A DNA stretch of 64,000 bases from Euprymna scolopes (Eukaryota): assembly GCA_053919585.1 (NCBI GenBank), contig CM132792.1; one strand, written 5' to 3'. Every line of letters starts with the position of its first letter. The stretch's first letter is position 1. The notes beneath the pieces are model-generated. The model was not told the origin of the DNA and did not search any database. It worked only from the letters and a program-made list of their open reading frames with translations. Position numbers and translations under genes: made by a program. Of this stretch, positions 1 through 10,898 are shown in pieces.

Positions 1-1094
1 TATTTGAAGCTCCTACAAATTATAGAATCTTAATCTTTAAGTTAATTACAAAGTTCTGTTTTAATATCTTTTAATGCTGCGGTATAAGTCTAAAATATAT
101 CATTATGAGTGCAAAAATAATGTTAATTGTTTTAAATCCAAAATTTTCTAATGTCCTCTATATGTAATGAACCGAAAAGGACATTAAAGATAATTTCATT
201 ATAATTAACAAAATACCTAATTAATAGAAAAAATGATTGCTATCAATCCCAAATAATAGTAAGCAGAAAAATAGTTTTGACTCCCAGTTTAATCAACATC
301 AGTATGATTGTATCAAAATAGTATATCACTAATAAAATGTACTTTTTCCATTTACAACCCACATTATCACTATACTATTTATATAGGGTTGGAATAGGCT
401 TACATATACATCTTTCTGTGGAGACAGTTTTGAATAATTACTTGTTGTTATTAATCAAATTCTGACTAGATGTTTCTATATGGAAAGACACCAAAAACGC
501 ACAAATTATACTTCTCTCTTGTATTGTATATATTTATTACCTTTTCCTGATATTGGCCACTTTAATTTATAATGAATATAATTGTTTTAACTAATTTCTT
601 AACATGCTTAGCTAAAGAAGTAAGAACTTTGTCAATCTCAAAATGTGACCCGGTTTTGAAAAAGCGCAAGTTGCTCCTGTATCTTTCCTTAATAATAGTA
701 TCATTGATTCGACATAAAACTTAGTGTTATTTACCGTAATTATGCAAAATTTGAAACTTTTATTTTATTACAATTATTATCAGTAGGAACACAGCCATCA
801 GTGCACTATTTGCATGTTTTATTGCATTGCTATTATAGCCTATTAAAGGTGCAGATAGAGTTTTGTAGGTAGAAAAACATAGTTTAATGGTATTTTTTAA
901 AAGAAACGAATTTACTTCTCCTATAAAAGTTTCTATCAATAGTTATATAATATATTTTGGAATATTCGAGTTTTCTGTTTGGCGAATAAATCCATCAAAA
1001 AACCTTGCATCATCCCACACAGATTCCTCATTACTTACATCTTTTATGCTACTCAAAAACTGATAGCTACTCAATACAGACAAGATGGTCTAAA

Positions 1095-1403
1095 AACAGT
1101 CTGACGGATACCATACGCTTCTGTGGCATTTTAAAAATATAATTATCCTGCATATCCTTTTTTCTTAAGTGTCGTCCCATCTAGATTGCTTTTTTGAAAT
1201 TCACCAGCTGTGACAATCAGGTTGTATCAGGTAGTAGGTTGTATTCCAATTCCTGCTGTAGGTGTACTTTTGAACCTGAAATTATACAAATTCGTCAGTC
1301 ATCTCATAAACTGTATAGCAATAACATACTGAATTATCAAGAGTCTACGACAATTTTTAATGCCTCTATATAAAGTCTGGAAATTTATTTAAAGCAACTC
1401 ATA
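1095..1403 (-). mobile_element. mariner-family DNA transposon, 5' end fragment
   Basis: Reverse complement matches the left end (TIR ...tttccagact) and the segment gtcacagctggtgaatttcaaaaa of the copy at 27870-28926. Confidence 0.75.
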
Positions 1404-1409
1404 CACCCA

Positions 1410-1715
1410 CGCTCAGTAATTCCTCCCACTCTCTATACGTGCTTAAATCAAAACGCAAATTCCATGAACAAAGGTTATTTCCTAGAACTGCCCGCTTGGG
1501 GAGCAATGTTCTGCTGACGTTATTTCTACCTAACTACAACATGGTCGCCCACTAGTCCAATGTAAACTAGCTCTTACTGAGCTGTCACCTAACATAATCA
1601 AATTGTACCCAATTTCCACCAACAACAATCACTACGCTGTTTCTTGGGTAACCATTGTACACTCATTAACCCATATCCTTGATATGTGCTGACATTCTTA
1701 TGAAAAATGTGCACT
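1410..1715 (+). mobile_element. old LINE 3' fragment (CR1/L2-type)
   Basis: Degenerate match to the ORF2 end (ttccatgaacaaa...ctagaactgc) and the tail (acactcattaaccc.tatccttga) of the larger LINEs here. Confidence 0.65.
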
Positions 1716-2509
1716 ATTCGGTCTCAACTTCCTATTTGCAAATCTATATACTTAAAATTTGTATTAAATTTGACTCAATTTGAATTTTCATTCTCTTCGT
1801 AAGTTCTTGTAAGCTAAAGTCAATTTCATGTAATTGATTTTTATCAAACTTACAAACAGATTCCAGAAAAGAGTTATACAAAGGTTAATATAATTATATC
1901 TTTATTTTAATCTTTGTACAGGAATATAAACTGTTTGGTTCCGAGATTTAATTTTACCAGTTTGATGATTTCACTGAACTTCTATTTGCGATCTTCGTTA
2001 TAGGCACTGAAGATTAAACAAGAAAAATCAAAATAATTCAAAGTAGTCTTTGAAACGATCATACACAAGCTATTTATAAGCGGAATTCTAGAACTTGTAA
2101 CAATAAATGATGTTGTATATCTATTTATTTGTTTATCACTATATATTATGCACATTTTTCTCGGGTTAAGCTTACTGGTGAATGAAATAGCCAACCGCCA
2201 CTAGCGCCTAATGCATTCATGTAAATTATAATGCAATGCTCTTTATTTAAGCAAATAGAGCTTTAAGAGTTTAAAAATATTTATCATTGTAATGTCATCT
2301 AACTTAACATCAGCCTAATGGCGTAGAATTATAATTATCGTCTAGATGATCGATTGTGGATACGGGCTTGCGGCAGTTGTTTTTCTAGACATACTGAAGC
2401 ACTGTGATACTGTAAAGAAGGCTACCTACGGATGACTATATATGTATGTATTAACGAGGCTTCCCGAGTTCTGTTATAGCTTGACTGTGTCTCTTTTATG
2501 TTATATTTT

Positions 2510-3145
2510 ATCACCGAAACGGTATGGAATGTTTCATATTGCTTTGGGACAATTTTGCATAAATCAAGCATCAATTTTTGAGTGGCATAAGAGATTCACG
2601 GAAAGCAGGGAGTCTGTGAGAGATGATGATAGGTGTGGGAGAAATTAGGAAGTCAAAACACCAGAGTTGAATGACCAAATAAAGAATTTCATGGATAAGG
2701 ACCCCTGAGTGTCTATAGAGACAGTAAGTGCACAAATTGTTGTGTATGGGAACTGTACATGCAATTATTCGCAAAGAACTGAAGATGCGGAAGATTTGCG
2801 TGAAGTTTGTTCCAGGGGTGCTCGTCGTCATCGGCATCAAGACAGTTCCTCACCCTCCCTATGGTTCAGACCTTGCTCCTCACTACTTTGGTTATTCCCT
2901 AAACTTAAGGAAAACTTAGAGGCTGTCGTTATGAGGCAATTGATAAAATAAAAAAATGGCTGTGACGTGGGTCCTTGACACACGCACACAATTGGACTTC
3001 CTTGAGGCTTTCCAGAAGTTGTTGGAACGGTACAAGTGCATTGCAGCTGGAGGAGATTACTTTGAAAGGTACTAGAGTTTCATGAGTGTTCTATCAATAA
3101 AAGCTTTTATACGAAAAAAGTGTGGAAACTTATTTAAAGCACATG
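2510..3145 (+). mobile_element. mariner transposon, internally deleted, with right TIR
   Basis: Transposase remnants FEWHKRF..RESVRDD, KICVKFVP, HPPYGSDLAP and KCIAAGGDYFEG, followed by a TIR-like end. Confidence 0.85.
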
Positions 3146-3420
3146 TTGTTATACAGAAACAAAGCTTTAAAGTTCAAGAAAGGTTGATTTCCAGTTTGAG
3201 CGATGAGGTGGATACGAGCACGTTGCGTAAGTTTGTTCGATCTAATTTTGTATTGTAGCCAGCACAACTTATATATAACACGTAGATAGGGTCCTTGCAC
3301 TCTTGTGTCAGAGAAGACTATGGTGACTAAAGGGCCCCACAACATTTTACATAGATCTCTCATAGGATATCCAGAGCTGAGTTTATTTTTCAATAACATT
3401 AGGTAGATAAAATTAGAGAT

Positions 3421-3465
3421 AATGGATGGTGACGGTGATAAATATTCTTCAGTTTTTTTTCTTTT

Positions 3466-3498
<33 letters not shown>

Positions 3499-3542
3499 GG
3501 ATGGTGACGGTAATAAATAATCTTTATTTTTTTCTCCTTCTG

Positions 3543-3583
<41 letters not shown>

Positions 3584-3853
3584 GGATTGTAACGGGGATA
3601 AATATTCTTTAGTTTTTTTCTTTACATCATCATCTTCATCATCATGGATGGTAACGGTGATAAATATTCTTCAGTTTTTTTCTTTACATCATCATCATCA
3701 TCATCATCATGGATTGTGACGGTAATAAATATTCAGTTTTTTTTTACATCATCATCATCATCATCATCATCATGGATGGTGACGGTGATAAATATTCTTC
3801 AGTTTTTTTTCTTCTCCTTATCGTCCTCCTCCTCCTCCTCCTCCTCTTCCTCC

Positions 3854-3910
<57 letters not shown>
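3421..3910. repeat. compound minisatellite: ~40-bp unit alternating with variable (CAT)n
   Basis: Six copies of atggatggtgacggtgataaatattcttcagtttttt start at about 3422, 3496, 3582, 3644, 3709 and 3772, each followed by a (CAT)n tract. Confidence 0.9.
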
Positions 3911-3912
<2 letters not shown>

Positions 3913-4627
3913 TAATACCTTTCTTTACCAAGGTAAAGACATTGGCAATGTATTGAACCAGAGCCTATAAACAATATTTTCATGAATATCTAATTAAGGC
4001 AAGCACCAGCATTCGTCTTCTTCTGGTCTTTTCTACCTCCATGAAGCAAAGATGTGGTGCGCGAATCTGAAATCAATGTGTTGTATTGTCAGGTTCTGTA
4101 TGACATTACACCGTTAGAACGAATGATTAATATTCGTTCTGTATAACATGAAGAGGTGTATATTATGTACGTATGTCGAACTCTAGTATCGTCTAGTGGT
4201 ATAAAACCTACGACAACACACATTTTAATTACGGATATGTAACAAAAGGGTGACATCAAGTCAATCAGAGAAACATACATGATCCCTGATCTTGTTTGAC
4301 GGATCCCCTGAAAAAGATGCAAAGAAGATTCATCCCACTGAATCAACCAATCTCGGATCGTCTTTACAGCGACTTTTATTACCGATGTTTTTCTCTTGGA
4401 AAGCTGGCGCCGGTCTTAGAATAATGCATTCTGACCTCCTCTAGTGGGAGCCATAACCGTCCCACTCGATCCACTCTCTCTCACTTTTGATTCTAAACTG
4501 ATCAAATCATACATGTTTATTTCACGTCACTTTAAAAATGAACTCTACGTAAGACTACGCCAGTCTATAGATGACAAGTTATTTTAAAATTATTGTTTAT
4601 GGTCTATGTTCTTTAATTCTAAAATAC

Positions 4628-5023
4628 CTTAAGAGAAATGATTTTCTCTGTTTTATTTGCTACGATAATATTCTACTTTTACAAATATTAATGCGATCAT
4701 AACAAGCGTCGACAAACAATATTTTGCTAATATCTATCAAGCGGTTGAAGTGTTAATGCTGCTCTTGTGCTATTCTATCGTGTATTCTGAACCATACCTT
4801 CCTCGAGTTAGCATGCAAACTCTGAACGTTGTTGTTCAAGATGACGGGAATAAATATCGTAGCTTAGCAAATAACTGCAGCCAACTTTATGCAGAGTAGA
4901 CAACCTAGAGATACCATCTTCTGAGCTCTATTCAGCACTCTGACTTGTTCTTTCTCTTCCTTCAAATCATCACCACTAGAATCAACATAATCGTCGTTGT
5001 CGTCATCGTCGTCGTCGTCGTCG

Positions 5024-5096
<73 letters not shown>

Positions 5097-5484
5097 TGGA
5101 TCTCGGTCCAGTTTTTAGTTTCCCTAGCGAGATTGACAGTGAATGTTGGTTGAAACAGTGCTGGTGCTTATATGGTTGTTTTTGCTCCTGTTATTGTCGT
5201 CGTCGCCGTCGTTGTTGTTGTTGTTGTTGTGGAGGTGATGGCGATGGTTTTGTTTTCGTCGAGATAGTACTTTGTTTATCAACAAGACCGTTAGCTGCAG
5301 ACTCCAGTAGGAAGGCGGTGGTATGAATTTCTCTGAAAAGGATAAAAAAAATCTCGTTGTTGATTAGGTCGTCAACGATTTTCGTCCAGAAGCATAGGAA
5401 GCGAAAGTCGTGGGGATGGGTTGTTGTCGCTCGCAGCAGCGCAGGATTGGCATAGTCCGCCACAAAAGAGTCAGAACACAGCAA
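4628..5484 (-). CDS. putative host exon with polyQ/polyR, polyD and a hydrophobic segment; open only if TAA/TAG are sense codons, otherwise a pseudogene
   Basis: ORFs 5191..5484 and 4864..5097 share one frame, which continues without TGA to a candidate donor AG|GTATTT at 4628/4627. The frame contains four TAR codons (5191, 4864, 4753, 4660). The trinucleotide tracts read Q, R and D in this frame. Confidence 0.45.
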
Positions 5485-5884
5485 GCCTGCCGTTCGCTGA
5501 AGTCGATGGCGGCGACAATTCGATTAGCGATTTTTTTTTTATCCTAATTCGATTTCCTTCCATGAATCGATCAATCAGATTGTGTGATCGATGGGATTTC
5601 GATTTCATCGTTTTTCTTTTTATTGACGGCAGAAATCTGTGAACATTATCCGACACACTGCCAGACAGGAAAAAAAATTGACTCATTTTTTTTTTTTTTA
5701 CTTTTAATTAAAGTTCTACAACAAAGTGTGTTATGTTTGTCAAGAATTCTGCAATAAACACTCGCATCTTTGTGTAAGTGAATATTACGGAGCCATAAAC
5801 ACTTATAATATGAAGTGGCATAATAAGGAGTTAAAGGTGTTCTATGTTTGTTGTGAGATCGAAACTTACCTGCGCTTAGGAGGA

Positions 5885-6147
5885 AAAAGAAACTAGATAA
5901 CTGAGGAAATAAAAGATGCTGTTATGAGGCTTATTGATGAGGGTTATTGATGAGGCTTATTGATGGGCGTTATTGACACGCGCACACAAGAGGAGTTCCC
6001 TGGAGCATTCCAGAAGGTGTTGGAAGGGTAAAATAAGTGCATTGCAGCTGGTGGAGATTACTTCGAAGGGGACTAGAGTTTCATGTTTGTACTACCAATA
6101 AAAGTGCCCGTATAAAAAGTCTTGAAGCTTATTGAAAGCACATCATA
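5885..6147 (+). mobile_element. mariner 3' end fragment
   Basis: KCIAAGGDYFEGD coding end and right TIR, homologous to 2950-3145. It contains a 13-bp micro-tandem at 5921-5975. Confidence 0.8.
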
Positions 6148-6348
6148 TGTTATGCAGAAACGAAGATAAAAATCCAAGAATGGTTTCTTTCGCGGTTGAG
6201 CGAAGAGATATTAACAGTTTTATTTTTTCGTTTTTAAAAAATAAATAAATAAATAAAAATAAAAAATAGAAAACTCTTGGAAAGTGAGACCTAAACTTAT
6301 CTGCATCATGAACTCTTCCAGTACTGTATTACGATGTGAGAAAACACT

Positions 6349-6420
6349 CGCACTACTATTAAACCTGCTGATTCTAAGGTATTATGATACCTTAGAATCA
6401 GCAGGTGTAATAGTAGTGCG
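6349..6420. repeat. near-perfect 72-nt hairpin
   Basis: 34-bp arms (6349-6382 and 6387-6420) with one mismatch and a 4-nt loop. Confidence 0.95.
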
Positions 6421-6972
6421 CAGCGCGTACAACTAGACATATTAGACACCAGTAGAGAGTAAACTCCGCTTATCCTTTATCCTATCCTTGTAACAATTTT
6501 GGTAAATATATCTTTCTTTCACAGAATCCGTGTTCCGTATTTTCCTTCCCTGGTCCCAAGCATGAGTCCACATAAATTTTATTAATAATGGAACTAAAAA
6601 TACTCACCATCGCCTTGAATTCAACAGTAAACATGATGTGAAAGTATTTAGAGAAAAATATATACATTTTNNNNNNNNNNNNNNNNNNNNNNNNNNNNNN
6701 NNNNNNNNNNNNNNNNNNNNNNNNNNNNNNNNNNNNNNNNNNNNNNNNNNNNNNNNNNNNNNNNNNNNNNNNNNNNNNNNNNNNNNNNNNNNNNNNNNNN
6801 NNNNNNNNNNNNNNNNNNTAAAGGATCGGTCGAAAATTATGTACCTGTAAAAAAAAGTTTTTAAATTTTTTTTCATAATATTATTTTGTATTCCTGCACG
6901 TCACCAATTGAAAACGAATAAAGAAAAGCAATAAGCTTTTATACTTTTCGTATTCTTTTTTATACATTTCCA

Positions 6973-7059
<87 letters not shown>

Positions 7060-7114
7060 TACAAAATAATTGCTAGTATTTAACTAAAAATATGATTGTT
7101 ATATGGCCCCTTTC

Positions 7115-7445
7115 AGGAAATTAAGCAAGACAGTCCAAAAGCAGTCTGAAGCATTGCACAGGTTTCCATGGCATTTTTGCAAATTTAAAACAAAATGTTA
7201 TTGCACATCGTTCGTCTCATGTGTCCTCACTTCCAGATTGCATTTTTGAAATTTACCTTTTATGACAATCAGGCTTTGGTAGGTTGTAGTCTTATTCCTA
7301 CTGTAGCTGTTCGTATGAACCTGAAATAATACAAATAGGTTAGTCATTTCATAAGATGTATAACAATAACCTACTGTATTTTCAAGAGTTTATTAGATTT
7401 TTGAATGCAAAAAAGTCTGGAAACTTTTTTTTAAAGTACCTTGTA
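7115..7445 (-). mobile_element. mariner 5' end fragment
   Basis: Homologous to 1095-1403 and to the reverse complement of 27870-28200. Confidence 0.8.
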
Positions 7446-7603
7446 ATTACGAAACTCTTTCGATAAATTTGAAGATTAATGGATACATTGCGGTAAAAGA
7501 TAATGCCCCCGATAATTCAGTTTGGCAGGTTAAAACGGACAATGATTATGAAACGGAAACTGATCTTGTGAAGTAACATTTCTCTTATTGGTCTTTGTAT
7601 AGT

Positions 7604-7811
7604 GAATTGAAAACTCGTAATCATTTAGAATGGATTGAAAACACGTAATAATTTAGAAAGGATTGTAAACGCGTATTCATTTAGAATGGATTGAAAACAC
7701 GTAATAATTTAAAAAGGATTGTAAACGAATATTCATTTAGAAAAGAATTGTAAACGCGTAATCAGTTAGCAAGGATTGTAAACGCGTAATAATTTAGAAA
7801 GAATTGTAAAT
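7604..7811. repeat. 28-bp minisatellite, about 7 copies
   Basis: Unit ggattg(t/a)aaac(a/g)cgtaataatttagaaa with a period of 28 (starts at 7632, 7660 and onward). Confidence 0.9.
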
Positions 7812-8239
7812 TAATTTAATTCAATCTTGCCTCGACAGTCGAGCTGTATATTTGTTCTATTTCTTTTTTACGTACATTTTATCTTTCTTTTAATAATATA
7901 TTGGAATTCTTTCCCTTTTCCTTGTACCTATTTGTGAATTATTCCACGAATTTCTGCCTTTTGGATTACTTTGGATCATCTTTCAATTACGCGGTTCCCT
8001 TGGATTTTACTTGTGCAAATGGAATTTTAACTAACTTTCTTGGGTTCTGCGTCTTTGGATTTTACCATCATTGGAAATTTTACCCTTCACCAGACTATCC
8101 ATCTACGTGAACTCATTTTTTTATTCACCCTATTCCCTCTGCTTCACTTTTTCTTATGAAGAAAGCTCTATGACTTACTTGTTTCATTTGATACTTTTGC
8201 AAGCAAAATCCGATCCCGGATTTTACTAAATCCTACCGT

Positions 8240-8285
8240 CTGATGAGAAGGAAAGTATTTCTTCGAAACTCCGCAGATTAAGGAC
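8240..8285 (+). ncRNA. hammerhead-ribozyme-like motif, probably a decayed Penelope pLTR
   Basis: CTGATGA, then a 7-bp stem II (gaaggaa/tttcttc), then GAAAC. Stems I and III are degenerate. A related, more decayed copy lies at about 11758-11803. Confidence 0.5.
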
Positions 8286-8301
8286 TATCCATTTGTTTAA
8301 A

Positions 8302-10634
8302 TTTTTTTTTTTTTTTTACAAAGGCATCACCACATTATCAAGGCCCAGAGGCCACTCAAGGATAAGGGTTAAAGAGTGTACAGTAGAAGTTGGTCAATAT
8401 AGTAATCATTAGTAATGAAAATTTGGTAAATTTAATAACTTATATGGAACGGCTCATCAAGAACTTATTTACTTTAGACTTGAACAAAACCATATTGTAG
8501 TCAGCCGGAAAGCAGGAAAACGGAAGACAATTCCACAGGCGTGCAGTTCTAAGAAAGAAGCTTTGTTCATGGAATCTACGTTTAGGTTTAGGCACAGATA
8601 AAGAGTGGGGGAAATTATTGATAGTGTTTACAGCTAGACGAGTGTTTCTTGTGAAAGTTTGGCGAGGGGGGACCATAGATTGAAGCTCAGTTGAACACTT
8701 TCCATGAAAATAACGATACATCAGAGACAAACTCGCAACATCTCATCTGTGAGATAGAGGTTGCAAGGAGGAGAAAAGGACATCTCCTACGAGGCTACGA
8801 AGTCTATTTTGAACTCTATCAAGGCAGGACAAGTTCTTTCTAGCAGCTCCTGCCCAGATGTGGCAACAGTATTCCATCCTTGGACGTACCTGGCTCTTAT
8901 ATAGATAGAGAATAGCATCAGCAGTGAGATATCTACTGGATCGATAGAAAGATCCCACCATTTTTCCAGCGGCCTTGGCAACAGATTTGATATACGTGTT
9001 CCATTTAAGATCAGGAGTAATGGTCAAGCCCAGAAGCTTGTCAAAACTTGAGGCCTCCTGAAGACGAGAGCCATTCATTTCAATTGATGACAAATGTGGA
9101 TTAGAATGTTGATGATGTAAAGAGAGAAGCTTGGTTTTAGATGCATTAAAAGTAACCAGCCACTCCTTTCCCCATTGTACTACGTGCTCAAGATCAGAGG
9201 AGAGAGAATTGGAGAGAACTTGCTCGTTTACTGTCTTAGATGTGGTACCATAAATGGTAGTGTCGTCAGCATAAATGTCTACAAATGATGTAAGGATATG
9301 ATTTGGAAGATCATTAATGTAGATCAGGAAAAGAGTTGGGCCCAGGATGGATCCCTGAGGGACACCGGCATTAATATTGTGAGCTTCTGATTTTTGCCCC
9401 TCAACTACTACTCTTATGAATCTATCAGAAAGAAATGATTTAATAATTGAGAAGACTTTTCCAGCTATACCATAGCTAGCGATCTTATGAAGTAAACCTT
9501 TATGCCATACCCTATCAAAGGCTTTAGATATGTCAAGAGCAATTGCCCTAGAAAGATTGCCACCGTCGAGAGATTTGCTAATCCTATGCGATATAACTGT
9601 AAGGACATCTGCTGTAGATCTAGCAGAACGGAAACCATATTGAGTGTCACTAAGAAGGTTATTTTTGTTGAGATGTTTGATTACTTCTGTATTTAATACA
9701 GATTCTAGCAACTTACTCATGACGCACAGGAGACTTATTGGCCTGTACTGAGAGGGGGATGAGCGATCACCTGAATTCTTAAATACAGGGCATACTGATG
9801 AGATTTTCCAGGGAGATGGGAAACTATTCTCCTTAAGACAACGTTTAAACAGTTTTGTAAGTATGGGCGCTAGTTCAGGTTGAAGTTTTTTGAGTACTAT
9901 AATTGGAATACCATCAGGGCCAGTTGCTTTACTGGAATCAAGGTTTTTGATTAGCTTGGCAACATCACGTACAGATATACGTATATCACATAGCGTGTTT
10001 TCTGATACAAGAGGAAATATTGGGGGTTGGCGGTCTTGGTCGCAAAGGGTAGAATTAGCTGCAAAGTTCTTGACAAAGAGTTTGGCTTTGTCTGATGCTG
10101 ACGAGATTACCTCAGATCCATTGATAATAGTTGGGATGGAGCACACGCTTCTGTTCAGGATTCTGTTTGCTATTTGCCAAAACTGGTGGGAACCAAGCCG
10201 CTGCTCAGCTACTTTGGACTTAACAGATTGAGCATACAACTCTCTTGCGTTCCTTATTACTTTCTTACAATGGTTGCTGGCAGTCCTGAAAACGGCTTTA
10301 TTTTCCATACATCTATTACGTTTGAAGCAGTGGAAAAAGTGATTTCTGTGTGCAATGGCAGCAGCACATTCTGGAGAGAACCATGGCTGGCTGTTAGGTT
10401 TTTGCTGAAATTTTTTAGAGGGTATGAAATGGTCAATACCTACAATTAACCATTCAGTTAGGTCTAATACTATAGAGGACACATCCTTTTTAAACATGGA
10501 ATGCAGAGGTAGATCAGATATAAATGTACGGAAGCTATCCCAGTCAGCCTTAGTGTATCGATATACTGTACGATGAAGAGGTACGTCTGGGGACTTATTA
10601 CATTTCATTTTTATCTTAATTGATACAACAGAGT
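8302..10634 (-). mobile_element. young 5'-truncated CR1/L2-type LINE (subfamily A), RT ORF with one nonsense mutation
   Basis: 621-aa ORF with YRPISLL, QYGFR, LDISKAFD, GVPQGSILGP and YADD. An AGA>TGA change at 8743 is followed by an in-frame continuation to 8440. PolyA lies at 8302-8317, with a candidate TSD gtttaaa (8295-8301 and 10633-10639). Confidence 0.95.
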
Positions 10635-10847
10635 TTAAAATTAAATATGTTTTAACTCTTTTCCAAAGTGTTTTTGAACACGTTTTATTAACTACTTGTT
10701 CTTATTATAAGCTCTATCTCCTATTTGGTTTTATCGAGCTTTTACATCTGGTTGAGATTACATATAAATATTATTTTTTTAATATTTATAATTTACTTTA
10801 GTTTTGCCATCTTGGATCATTTTGGTAAACTTAAATGTAATAATTCT

Positions 10848-10898
<51 letters not shown>

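Noticed and set aside
3421-3910. CRISPR-like repeat-spacer pattern and poly-M/I/S/H ORFs
   Set aside because: The spacers are only (CAT)n, and the ORFs are microsatellite translations.
6604-6876. ORFs spanning N-runs (here and at the six other gaps)
   Set aside because: They are open only because N codons are not read as stops.
9465-10449. Short alternate-frame and antisense ORFs repeated in several places
   Set aside because: They are shadows of LINE ORF2 and recur only because the LINE recurs.
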